From the NCBI GenBank assembly GCA_009103225.1, contig RHPI01003614.1, forward strand, positions 15,829 to 79,828: a stretch of 64,000 bases of DNA, in the 5' to 3' direction. How positions within the stretch are numbered: the first letter of the stretch is position 1; every line of letters starts with the position of its first letter. A program made the translations under genes and the position numbers. Of this stretch, positions 47,580-60,519 are shown in pieces. The notes below the pieces were generated by a model. That model was not told the origin of the DNA and did no database searches. It worked only from the letters and a program-made list of their open reading frames with translations. The DNA is from Chlorokybus atmophyticus (Eukaryota > Plantae > Mesostigma and Chlorokybus algae).

Positions 47580-50500
47580 CCACTGCTAACAATAGTTGTG
47601 CGTGCAACAGAGAAGGAAAGCGCTATGCTGGAGCTGCCCTGGTGGCTGCTTTCCTCGCCAACAGCCAATGACATATTCGCCTCTGCCTTCCTGCCAGTAC
47701 CTCTGCTGCTGCTTGCCTGCCCACCATTTCACTTAAATGATCTCAAGCTTGTTGCTGGTACTGCGCCTGGCTGCTAATGCTTGTGCCTTGATAGCAAATT
47801 TCGTTATTGTTGCTTGTGGCTTCATTGCCGTTGTGGTTGTCATGCATACTTGCTGCTATTCTCAATGGCTTTATTGTTGCATTGTTGGCGTTGCTACTAG
47901 GCTTACATTACATTTACGTTTCAAGCTCGTATGTCGTGCTGTCTGTCAATTGCGTAATATGCTGAGCCCGCTAGCTAGATATAAAACATACGCATATGAT
48001 TGGTAATACTCCAGCGGAGCTCCTCCCTCCTATAGGCGAGTTCACGGTCCTGCGCATTGTGCGCCTGCTACCTTGATATTTTCTCAAGTTATTAATGCAG
48101 CTATGCGTGCCTTTTCGCTGGTGTTGTGGCAATTACATATTGCTGTCACTGGAAGGTTTTTTAGGATTCTCTACTTTTAGCTTGGTTCAGCAAGCTATCG
48201 TCCAGTTGTTATTCGGGTGGTGATAACGCTGTCAAAGTGCAAGTGTGGGAAGCATGCAGCTTGAGGGGAGCAATGCAGGTACACACAGTGCCCATCCATG
48301 CTTTTGCTTGCATGCACTCTCGTTGGCATTAACTCTTGTAGTCACTGTTTGTGGATTGTGTGGTAAGCATTTGTATTGCATGCTGTATTGGCCCTTAATA
48401 CTTGTACACATTGTCACTAATAGTAACTGTCACACATAATGTACGACGTACTTCTCGCTTTCAAGCATGCATGCATCCAAGCATACACATATGCGCGTGT
48501 GCGTGCTGGCACGCATGGTGCTCTCCTTGCGTGAGGTGAGTGTTGATGCAGTTTGTGGTGTGGTGCATGTGCTTTCACATTTTCATCTCCCTTGGCACCT
48601 TTTGCACACACGCACAGTGATGTGTATACACAGGGTGTTGTGGAAGGTTGCATGCTTGACATTTTGCGCGGCCACAGCAGCAAGTTGCATACGTCTACTC
48701 TGAACACACGCATATCCTACATGCAAGCACCACACGCAGCAAATGCACGCATCCGGTCGCACACACACTAACACACATGCTGCCCTGCAGACATGTGAGA
48801 CATGCGCATGTCCACGCGTGTGGGCTTTTACACACTTTTCGCATGCAAGGGTTCAGACGTGTCGCATGCGGGCGCTTGGGCAGTCCATGCGCCTGAGATT
48901 GCATACGCGCACTACCCTCCACATGCACAAGCGTGGTGCATGCCTTCCAGGCGTATGCATTGTCTTGAGCGTTATACAAACAGTAGCAGTAGTTGTGAAG
49001 ATCGTAGTTGCAACTTTTTCTTTGTGATAACATATTTGTTTTTGCCTTTGCAAGAATTTGTAAGGCGTTGTTGCATCTGCTTGTGACAAATTTTGATGCG
49101 TCCTGATGACGTGCAATATGCAAGCAGATTATTAGCTTGTAGCACCAGTATTGGTGCATTAAGCAGCTAATATTGTTATTGGGTACTGGAAAGTTGCAGA
49201 CCAATATAGGGCCGTGCATGCCGAATCCAATATTAAATTGGATACAAACGCAATTTACGAAAATTAAGTGGTCCAATTGGGGTAACACTGGCAGTGTTGG
49301 CCGATAACATAATGAAGGTCAGACCAACTAGTGGTGCGGCTGTTTGGTCGGGCCGGCCGGCCTGTCGGCCGGCCGGCTGGCATTCAACCTATCACACATC
49401 CCGCGACAAGGGCCATCACACGGCATCCGCGACTGCCGAGCGCGACCCGCCTGCTTCTCATTGGCTAGGCGGCGAGTACAAGCATTAAACCGTTGGATCT
49501 GTCTGAAAACGATCCTGGCCGTCCAAAGCACAGCCAATTGTTTAAACGCATGCCAATAAATGTAAAATTAAGCACAGTTCTGCATACGTGGCCGCTTATG
49601 GCTGCATGTTGATCATTTTGATGTGTTACAGTAATAATATGCTGCAATATGCTGCAATATGGTGCGATATGGTGCAATGTGGCTAGCAACCTGCGGTTAG
49701 TGTTACAATTCAATTCAACGCAATGTTTACGCCACGGTACGTGCTAAGATATGCAGTAAGTAATGCCAAGGTTACCACCATCACAATAACCTAAATTACC
49801 TTAACGTTAAGATTCAACTAAACAAACAACTGCATCGTTAGGCCACCATTTGGTCACGCATGAAATTGATCAAATGAGATCGCAACGGTGACAACAGCCA
49901 GTTGCTGAAAAAGGCAGCAAAATGGCCAATCATTGCAGAGGTGCGTTAAAGATGCTGAAAACTATCTCAGCGGCAACAACTTACCAACGGCGACCCGAAA
50001 TCGCTATGGATTCGGTGCAATTGCTGCACAGGTAGTGGTTAAAACGGCCGCATTTTTGGCAGTACGAGGTCGGGGCAGGCCCCATACCCCAAAGACATGC
50101 TGCCACTACTCACCCTCGATCTAACTGATCCACCCAACCAATTCACGCTAATAAATTACACGCTATAGTTACTGCGTCATCAAACATGGTCAACAGCCGA
50201 ATCATTTGACCATAAGTCGCCGCGGCCCATGATGACAGTTCTGGCTTAGGGACCAGTTCCAGTTTCCACTTATTTCGGCCGGTCTTGAGGCTGGTCCGCC
50301 CATGGACCTGCTAAATGACACTGGTCCAATACTCTTTGCCCAATATTGGTCCGTCGGAAAGTTGCCCAGAATACACAACACTCATCACAAGACTCAAGAC
50401 GGAAGGTATTACCGAAGGATGTACAACACGAGATTTTGCGCCTCTTTGGTAGGCAAGATAGAAGCAAGCAGCAGCGCAGGGTTCACCTTCACCACCGCAG

Positions 50501-51456
50501 CTACCAGCGTACAAAAAAAGCAACAGGCAACAACCGCACCCACACCGCTGCCCGCGACACAGCAAGAGTCGGCAGCGTCGCCAGCAACATCGCCTAGCAC
50601 ACCAGCGCCACCAGCGCCAGCGCCAGCACCGCCGCTGCTGGTGCAGCTGCCTGTGCCGGCACCAAGACCTACGCAGCCTGACCCGTGGAGCGTGGGCCGC
50701 CCTCTCCTTGGAGGCAGCCGCTCTCATCGCTAAAAATGCTGGCATGAAGGCGGCCGAGAACGTACATAGCGTCGCCGCCAGCGCCGCCGCCATCGCAGCA
50801 CAAATTGCAAGCTTTACTTTGCCTGCACGAGCATTGCTTGCAAGATTGCACTGCGCGAGCCACCCCCCTAACCCTAAAATGGGAACTAGCTGAGAGACAC
50901 CCCTTTGAGGCTCAGCCAATGAGCACACGATTTGGAGCGCCGCAACTGTATTAGCATTTTTTATTTCAGAAAGGAAAAGTGTGGCGGCCGTACTTTGCTG
51001 CTTTGTTTGTTGTTGTGGTATAGCGCTGCCTGTCGTAGCAACATACATCATGATAATGAACAGCCGCCTGGGCTTAGCCTTTTTGTGGTGAGGTAGCTGG
51101 CATTGTGACTGTGAGAGTGAATGTAGTTGTGAGCGTGAGCTGTGAGACTCGTGATAAGCTGAATGCATGAGACAAAGTCAATGCATATTGCTTGAGTGCT
51201 TGAGCGTGCATAAGTGTGCTGCAATGGAATGAGTAAGTGATTATGTAGAGAGTGAGAGAGTTAGCTATTCGTAGTGAGTGAATAGCACTGTTACAGTCGA
51301 CTGATATTTGTCAGATATGAGCTCTAAAAGTTTCAAAATTAAGTATACCGGGCACCTTTCGAGGGTACTTATGTAACGATGCATATACATCCATTATTGG
51401 ATAGGTTTCTGGTGTTGACATGCGGGGGCAAGCGGCTCACTTCAATGTACACTTAA

Positions 51457-52662
51457 GTATACATTTACATCACTAGTGTTAAGAGAACCCCATTACCGAT
51501 CGTTTTACATGTAAATATCTTCGGGTAGTAGATTAGTCCTGTACATAATAAGACCAATGGGAAGGCTTGAAATTATCAGCGGCTTAATCTTGTAACAGAG
51601 AAATACCTTATTAACAGCATGATTGTTATTCCGATTGTATTTGGAAATAACTATAGCATTAAATAAAAATATAGTATAATGCAATAATATATTAATAATA
51701 TGATAACATGGCTTAAGGTTATCGGTTAATACCCCCATTAACAGAATTACACATTCTTTTCACGATGAAAGAATGTATATTGTTATAGGCGCCAAGAGAA
51801 TAACTTGGTTAATGGAATCAAAAAGTGATGCATAAATGTGATTTCATAGTGAGGGCAGACTGAACCTATCAGTTAGGGGCAGTCTCTGTCTATAGACGTC
51901 CGCCAACTGATAATGATGGCCGTGATGCCAAGTCACTTTTATTAGGTTGAGCGATAGACTGATTGACGACAGTTTAATTGAGTATCTTTTGATGCACGGC
52001 CGTATATTTAGTCAGCAATTAAAGATAACATTTTGCGACAAGAAGTACACGTGTAAGGCCTTCTTGACAAGTCTCCACCATACACTCTACCAGCCCATCT
52101 GCCTATGGTGATCGGATGACCCACATGCAAATGGGCTGGTAGAGCGTGACGCAAAGACCACAAATTTTTATGTGGGCTTAAACAGCAGTTTGTCGATTTC
52201 TCCCTTGGACTCATTGCCTTGATCTGTGAGGACTTCTTTGGAGGCTCCAAAACGGCTGAGTATGTTGTCGTGGAAGACATGAGCAACACACTTACTGCTT
52301 TTGCAACAACAATTAGCCTTTTAGATTTCAGCTCCATTTTTTTTGCAAAGATGGTTAAATATAACCATAATGTAGCGATGCTGGCGTGCTGGAACTGGTA
52401 GCGTTTTTCTGCACTATGAATTGAGCGGGAGGCATATGATATGCCTTCTCTGTTTTCTACTCGGCAAGCAAGTGTCCCTACCACGAAAATCTGAGCAAAG
52501 ACTCTATGAAGGGCTTCATTGCAATTAATCCATGAGTAGAGCCTTTGCAGTCTGCAGACTTGATGAAGCAAGCAACAACCCGACAAACAAACAGCGTAAA
52601 GAATAACACGTGCGCTGTTAATCAAGTGTCACACCGTTAACACTAAGGTCGTCAATCTACAC
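51457..52662. mobile_element. Candidate non-autonomous DNA element bounded by TTAA and short imperfect TIRs
   Basis: TTAA|gtatacatt ... aatctacac|TTAA. The same terminus (ttaa-gtgtacatt or its reverse complement) also occurs at ~51444-51456, 52663-52675 and ~53232. Confidence 0.4.
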
Positions 52663-54795
52663 TTAAGTGTACATTCATAAGGCCCTCCTTGGCACGGCCT
52701 TTATCACCGAAGGTGTTGACATAACATGGCGCATGATATATCATTGGAAAAGACTTGACGTGAGGTATCCAGCAAAATGTGCCGCGTCGCGCAAGATTTG
52801 ACGCGGTATAACGGAAGTTATGCTTGCTAATGTACAACTATGATGTTTGGGCTCGATGATGGGACCCGTCTAATGACGTGGCACTGTCATTCAGATAGGC
52901 GTAACTGTTTATAGCGAATATGTCGACGAGTGAACAACAAAAGTTGTTCTACTCGACGAGAGCAATCCAATGTGTTCATGACTTTTGCGAAATTCCTACG
53001 AATAGAGCCGTATGAACGCTACAAAGCGCATTGCATACTGTACACAAAAGTGTACATTGACTTCTCCTATTTTTATGCTTACCATAATGTAACTTGATAC
53101 ACAAGCAACCAATAGGTCTGAAACTTTGCACACTTTCTTGCTTTAGCTGTTGTTGATGTGTGTATGAAGTTTCAACCTTATGTACCAAGTGGTGCAAAAG
53201 ATATTAGCGTGCCCACGAGGTGAGATAATTATTAAGTGTACATTTTTGATGAACCTAGTGTTAAGGCGGCCTGTTTTAAATGTTTTGCCTTAAGAAGATA
53301 TGAGCCTCATATCTTCTTAAGGTAGTAGCTTAAACTTTAAGTACTCATGAGTGCCAACTTGGCACCCTTTATAACAGAGGCCGGCTTTCTTTATTCACTA
53401 AGTGCTTCTGTCAATGAATTCGACCTTAGTGATCTCACATGCATTTAGCGCAACTGATTTCAAGCCAAGTGTTTACACTTGGCTTGAAATTGGCATTCAC
53501 GAAATTCGCGACCTCGCGAATTTGGCCAATGCTTCACGAACCGATTCAACTTGCTGATTCGTTTAATTCACTTAGTGAACTATTACTCAACAATTTGCGA
53601 AGGGCTTGCGCCCTAACAATTCCCAAGTGCGGGAAGGCGCTTCGCCACCTGAGAGTGTCGGCGGCAAGGGAGATAAAAAACCCTACTCAAGTTCCGTTTA
53701 TCTCCCCAACCTCGATTAAGTTGAATCCGATTTTTGGCGTGTATTCGCGTCTCCACAAATCCGCATATCTTTTACAACAGGCGAATTCTTTCTGCGGCTA
53801 AGAGAAGTAGTGCGCTAGCTTAGGGCACGTACGAAGCGTAAAAAGCTAGCTAACGCCTTAAAGATTTTTGCAACTGTTCGCTCGGCGGGAAACTTAAGAT
53901 AATAGCAACTTCGCTGAATCCTTCCCGCCTCAAGTCTTAGGTGTATCTTCCTCCGAATAGATGAGGCGCTATGGCCAATTCGGTTCGAACCTAATTGCCT
54001 CATCGTACGATAACCTCCTATCGGCTTTGCATCACCGCAAGAGGAATTTGAACCCCTACAACCTCGGAACCTAAGTAGTGATTCCTTATTCCTATCACTA
54101 GCCCTTGAGTTTCAACTTAGGCCTTAACCTAATCCGTCATATCTTTGCAAACGGAGCACCTACCTCAACGCATCAATCTTTCCATGGACATGTTCGACAC
54201 GCAAAAGGTTGCTCCCCGAGTGTAGATGCTACTGCATCCCTACACGTTAAGAACCAATAACTCACGCTAAGTACTTGGTATTAACTAGCATAAGGATTAG
54301 CTACGTCAACAGAAGGTCTTCACTTCTGGACTTTGTCCTTTACAAGCCTGTTCTTGCTCACCCTTAACTCCAATGACCCACTCGCGACATTCATCATGAA
54401 ACGGTCAAAGCCTCGTGGTTTCGCTGATATTATTGGTTTGCCAACCTCATTGTGTTTTTTAACAGGCTCGCCGGATGACTAAAGACTTGATTCTCTAATA
54501 ACTCTCCCATCCAAAAATGTGCAGATGCGAACTCGCAAATGCAAGCTGCTGCTTCTCGCGACATCGCATGCAAGTTACTGTCCACTGTCACGTTCGAAAC
54601 ATATGAGAATATATATATATATATTCACGTCGCTGTAGTATTCTTGGGTTTATACTATTTGCGGTACATGACCCTTTGTAATCCTTATAGCGATACAAGT
54701 CCGAGTAGAGCCCCACTCTTGATCCCGGCAGCAACATCTGCTACGAGTACTTACCAAGTGTCATCCATTTTAAGTGCTTATCCCATATCCAATAC

Positions 54796-55150
54796 CACAG
54801 GGCTTTTTACGCGCGGACCAGTCGTACGCAGCCCGTAGACCACGTCTGGTACGTTGTAGCGTACCAGTGCCGCGACTGGTCCGGCATGATCGGACCACCG
54901 GTGGTCCGGCCCCGGAGCCCGCCGATATGGTCCGAATGACCGGACCAGGGCTGGTGGCGTGTCCCGCGGCTTGTAGACCGGTACAGCACTGGTCAGCACG
55001 CGGCCTGAGCAGCAGGACCAAGGCTGGTCGCATGCCCTGCGGCCTATAAGCCAGGGCAGCACTGGTACAGAACGCATGTACTGTACGGACCAATCATGTC
55101 CTCACAAGCGGGACCAAGCTGCACTGGTACGGTTGCAAGCGGCCCTCATA
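54796..55150 (+). repeat. Probable left end of CACTA/CMC element with subterminal GGACCA/TGGTCC/TGGTAC motifs
   Basis: Begins CACAG (fits the CMC terminal consensus CMCWR) and is followed by a dense array of short motifs in both orientations. The right end is not in the window. Confidence 0.6.
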
Positions 55151-55442
55151 GACCATGCATGGTTCCGAAACCGAAACAGCACTCAACAACTCAACAGCTC
55201 TTTTGGATCATTGATATATTATGATAACCAACGGTGAAGAATGACGTCGAAAGCATACGACACATCTCACCTGGTCTGTTGCTCCCAAGGTCACGTGCGC
55301 CAATGCTAAACGAGTAGCAGGCACTGGGCATGCATGGTCCCCTGTCCATTTGCTAGGGTTTTGGGCTTGCGCTGCAGTCTCGGCGGCGGCGGCGGCGGCG
55401 GCGGTGGCGAAAACCTTTGGAACAGCTGGTTTCGTGGGTACT

Positions 55443-55986
55443 ATGCATGCACCCAGCATGGCGGACCGAAAAGCAGCTGATATTGCTGAAAGACTCCACC
55501 AGTCTATCGGACTCAAGCTACCTGCAGTCAACCTTGCAGCTTTGCGCAAGCGGAAGCAGCGTTCCAAGTTGGTTGTCAACGCAACGCAAGGTCTCCTACG
55601 TCAGAAGGACTTGGAGTTGAGTCAAAGAGAGCAAGCTCTTGCCCGCAGAGAAGCTGAGGTGTCCCAACTTTTGGCTGATAGCGGCCTCGCTGGTGACAAC
55701 GCGTCCCCCATGGAGGTGGATGGGCAGGCAGACCCCTCACTCAGGTAACATCCTTGCCCCCACTAGCTAGCTTTCAAGCCTCATTGCGACACAGCCAGCA
55801 CAGATTTCTTGACAGCAGTTGTTAAGCGCCTAATATGACTCCCTGCAGGCCAGCTTCAGCAACTCAGCCTGCTGCTCACCCCCCTGCAACCGCTGGCCAG
55901 CCATCCACTTCGCATTCCCCTCTGTCACCGGCTGCTGAAGCTGGAGGTGGCTCATTCGCCGACGAGTCATCTGATCATGTGGAGAG

Positions 55987-56019
<33 letters not shown>

Positions 56020-59000
56020 TCGTCAAGTTATCTGCAACTGCAGTTCCAGTGGATGCCGCGGCATGGTAAGCAGTGCGGTCTATGAGTTATGCAATGTATT
56101 GCTCTGACTGAAAGTCTCATAGGCACTGTCCAGTGTCTACGAGTCATGCACTCCATTGCTCTAACCTAAAGTCTCATAGGCACTGTCCAGTGTCTACGAC
56201 TTATGCATTCCTTTGCTGAGACCTAAGGACTCATAGGCACTGGACAGTGCCAGTCTGGTCTATGACACAGCCATGCACGCGTGTGTCTTGCTTGTGATTC
56301 TTGATAGCGTGGTGATGTGGATTGGTGTTGATCGCTGGCGTGCTAACCAAGATCTGTCATCATAGATGGTGGACGAAGCAGTTGCAAGGGCGCACCGTGC
56401 ACTTGACCTGGCAGTTGCCGCAAGCAGGTGGGCACCACCTATTCCCCATAGTCAACCTCTCGAGCCCAGCCAACCACCATCGGAGTCTGCTACGAAGAAG
56501 TGGCTGGATATCTACCTAAAGATTGTGACAGCCCTGGAAGATTCTGGTGTCCAGGTTGCTCTCGTCAACGAGATTATGAAGCTCATCTTTGGCCAGATAA
56601 ATTCTGTGGTCAAGCTGGCCTTGGAGGTTCCTTTTGAACAGGAGCAGTTGCGGGATGACATCGCCAGCCTCATAGGCGACACAATATCGCACAGCCCTGT
56701 CGCGGATGAGCTGCCGACAGACATTGCCGCCGTGGATAAACTGTTGGCCGCGCTCGGCATGCCTGTTCCTCAGCGCCTGACCGTCTGTCCCACATGCAAG
56801 TACTTGTTTGATGCACCTTATCCCACACTCAATGAAGATGACGAAGACTCGGACACGAGCGAGACCAAGCAAAAAATGATTGATCGCCTTCGCAACACAC
56901 CGTGCGGAGGGGGATGCGGCAGGGTTCGCAAAGAATGTTGCGACTTCTTGTACAATCGTATAGGTGCCTGGCTCAGCGCCAAGTTAGCTGTCCCTTCAAT
57001 CGCTCACGACTATCTGGAGGAATGGCGCCACAAAGATGAGTGGTTGCACGTCCCTGTGGAACAAGTACCTGCTGCAAACACTGAGTACTGGCATGGTGCG
57101 AAGAAGCAGCATCACTGCAGCTTCTGGGACCCTCGCCACAAAATCAAGCTGCCTGTGTCCTGCGCATTCTGCCACCACATCCCGGATGTCGATTTGGAGC
57201 ATCACAACGCAGGCGATCACGTGACATTTGAATGCTCAGGGTGCCACAAAACCAACCATCAGATGGTACAGCAAGCTCTTGGCGACCCTCGCAACATAGC
57301 CCTGCTAATCCACGCCGACGGCTTCAGCTCAACAACCACTGTGAAGCACAGCTGCACCGTTGTCAGTGCCTCTGTGCTCAATGGCGGGAAGCGCATTTCC
57401 TCACAAGAGTCTTCCGTCATGCCTTTGCTCTTTGTTCCCACTGATCAGCTCCCAAACGGTGTGGACAGTCTGGAGCCCTTTCTGGAACCACTGGTGCGTG
57501 ACCTGGAGAACCTCTACTTGAACGGCTTCACTGTTCGTTATGGCCTCGATTCCAATCATGTCGACAGCCGCGTGCTTGATCGACGACCAGGTAATGACTG
57601 GGTTATAACATGTTTTGTCACCTATATCACCCCAAGTCTCATAGGCACTGTCCAGAGTCTACAACTTATGCAGTCCATTTTTGTGTATGCTAAAGTCTCA
57701 TAGGCACTGTTCAGTGGCTGCGACTTGGTTATAGCATATCTGCCTTCTTGCGGTCTATGAGACTGTCATAGGCTGCACTGCCCAGTGCGGCCTATTACAG
57801 TCTCTATCAGACTGGTTGTGAGATACTGATGTTGACTTCATTGCAGGTCAAGAGATAACGCTGCGGGTAGTGCTGTGGGCATGGACGGGTGACCAGCCAG
57901 CGCAATGTGAGATAGGCCAGTTTAAGAATGGAGGCCTCGTCCCCTGCCGGCGTTGTCTCCTCAAAGCCACTCAGCACCAAGTGCCCCGGCGTGCTGAGCA
58001 GGGTGAAGATACTACGAGGACACGTACAGACCATTTTTATGGTGACAATCGCTATTACTGCCGCCATCCCCCAGCAGAGAGAGCAGCAAAGGATGCGTTC
58101 GACAACGCGTGCATGGTGGACTCACTCGTTGGCCAAAACCGGAAAGAAAAATCAATGGAGTGCGGCATCACAGGGAAATCTCCACTCTGGCGGCTGTGGC
58201 ATCTGTATGAGTTTAACCCTTGCCGTGACTTGGTCTATGACACGATGCACCTGTTGCTGGAGGGGCTTTGCAAAAGTTTCGTGCACAGTACGCTGGGTGC
58301 AGACAGTTCAAAGCATGTCGAAGACATTGCCAAGGTGGAGCGCAGGCTGTCTCAGATGCGCATATCACGCCCCATGGACTTGAAGAGCAAACGTTTCCCA
58401 AGAGGCATCAGCAAGCACCTGGCTTGGTTCAAGGCCCAGGACTTGCAGATGTTCGTGCAGTATGCTGTGCCATACGCTGTGTCCGATCTGGTAGACGAAG
58501 CAACCAGAGATGTCAGCTTTGCGCTTCACTTGCTCATCCGCATCTTCTTCCACAACTCTCGCCTACATGGCTGGACTGCGGAGCTGTTGGAACTTGCTGA
58601 CGCTCTTTTGAAATATTGGAGGGTCTACTCGGAGGACCTGTTTGGCACCAACAAAAGGCCCAACGAGCATGTGGCCGGTGCCGGTCACATTCTGGAGGAC
58701 ATCATCTGGCACGGGAGTCATGATGTGTACTGGTGTTTTGTGCAAGAGCGCACTGTGTCCAACTATGTCAACACCTTCACCAATGGGAAGCAGTTTGAGA
58801 TCAGCTACATGCGGCGTACACTAAAGAGATGGTTTCTGAGGACGCTCAACGTCATGCGAGAAGATCAGAGGACTTGAAAGCTGTTGTGCCACCGAGCTAA
58901 TGATATAATGGCGCACTCTCAGCAGGTTTACCAGCCTCTAAGTGGAGCATGTAGTGACTGTCATTACGAAGTGCGCACTCAAAAGCACGCCATGGAGCTC

Positions 59001-60384
59001 TGGACCCTCGCTGAGAAATTCCCAAACTTGGAGCATGCGCGACTGATCAGAGAAAAGGGCATCCTTATTGGCAGCACCAGGAAGCCTGTCCCTCTTCAGG
59101 GACCCTTGGCCTTGGAAATCAAGCGCGTTGAGAGCATCACTGGCAACTTGCCCGGAGGCATACGCAAGTTCCGCGCGTATCTGTGTAACGGGGTCATCTA
59201 CAGGTGTGATATAGTCTACGAATTTTGCAATCTATTGCTCTGACCTAAAGTCTCATAGGCACTGTCCAGTGTCTACGAATTATGTAATCTATTGCTCTGA
59301 CCGAAAGTCTCATAGGCACTGTCCAGTGTCTACGAATTACGCATTCTATTGCTCTGCCCGAAAGTCTCATAGGCACTGTCAGGTGTCTCATAGGCAGTGT
59401 CTACTAGAGTCTCATAGGCACTGTCTACTGTCATCTCTTGATACAAAGTGAGTGAGTAAAGCCTTTGGTATTTGCAGACGCAGAGGCGTTGATAACGTGA
59501 AGATGGCGGACCCAACTGTCGCACCATGCCGGGTGGATGAGATCTACCTGTTCAATTGGCGGAAATCCACTATCCATGTGCAAGTGCGGCCTTATACCAA
59601 GAAGCGTGATGCCATGGGCAATGACCTGATTGACAGAGACACTGGTGCACAGTGCATTGGGCGTTTGGCAGATGAGTTTACGCTCATCGGTGGAGACCAG
59701 TTGCAACGCAAGCTCTGGGTGTTGCTCAACCGTGATGTAGCAAATCATCAATTGGCGTACGACTATGACAGCACAGAGTTGAGAGTCACTGCAGCCGACA
59801 TCCCCTTGCCGGTGTGGCCAGAAAAGGGCGATGTCTTGGAGATGCGGCACAACAGCAAGTCCATTTTCGACTTCAGACTTCCGCATGAGCCCCAAGATGA
59901 AGATCCTGCTGACCCACCCCCTTGGGTTGTTGTGGTCAAAGAGGTGCGGTCCGACGGTCATATGGTAGTCGACTACCTGAAGAAGGCAGGGGGGAGGAGG
60001 CTAGGCGTCTGGGTGGTTAACACAGCTGCGAGCGACCAGGTGGAGGACCCTTTCTCAGCCAAAACAAAGCTCGACTGGCCAAGGCAAGGGAGCAGCAGAA
60101 GCAGCTGCGCTTGGACTGAGAGAAGTAGAAGTGATGGACGGCGAATGAAATTCAACCAACATCGCATGTATTGGAAGCCAGGACAGCAGGCAGCAAGTGA
60201 GTGTGTTTGCACTTGCATTCACGTGTTTGTGAAGTGCGTGTGTCTGCATCATAGACCAGTTCGGATAACTGCGCCTTGCAGACAACTATGTGCACTGTGC
60301 GCGTGTGCATGCGACTGCATGTGTGATGGCAATATATTACTGTATACACTTATGCACATCTGTTCTGCAGGCTATGTACACTGA
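55443..60384 (+). CDS. CACTA/EnSpm-type (Transposase_21-like) transposase, spliced, one in-frame TGA at 58875-58877
   Basis: CPTC, DPRNIALLIHADGF, LEPFLEPLVRDL, WTGDQPAQ, PCRRC, YDTMHLLLEG, WFKAQDLQ, PNEH, YWCFVQER. In-frame GT-AG introns at ~55746-55848, 56066-56365, 57591-57846 and 59204-59477. The frame continues past the TGA. Start and end are approximate. Confidence 0.88.
56100..59430 (+). repeat. 57-bp-period repeat (core GTCTCATAGGCACTGTCCAGTGTCTACGA) in three separate transposase introns
   Basis: Cores at 56114, 56171, 56228; 57636, 57695; 59250, 59307, 59364, 59385, 59409. Confidence 0.92.
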
Positions 60385-60519
60385 TATGGATGCCTATCTC
60401 CTCGGCGTGTTCTGCAGGATATGTACACTGAATGGATGCCTATAAACCCAGCCTGCAGCTGGACTATAAGCAACATGAAGCAGGTACCTGGGTGCTACTG
60501 ACTCAGTCTATAGGCCATA

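Noticed and set aside
50302-51168. ORFs 50311-51168 (minus) and 50302-50733 (plus) as genes
   Set aside because: They are low-complexity, overlap on both strands, show no recognisable domain, and the plausible plus-strand frames are broken by stops.
53004-53045. Group II intron domain V (gagccgtatgaa...)
   Set aside because: The 5' start matches, but the 3' half lacks the expected tacggttc pairing and no other intron domains or maturase are evident.
54030-54095. tRNA gene on the minus strand
   Set aside because: Only a mismatched T-arm-like piece (ggggttcaaattcct) is visible. I could not build an acceptor stem, D-arm or anticodon arm.
56100-59430. 57-bp periodic repeats as a CRISPR array
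   Set aside because: The spacers are themselves similar, the arrays lie inside spliceosomal introns of a eukaryotic transposase gene, and no cas genes are present.
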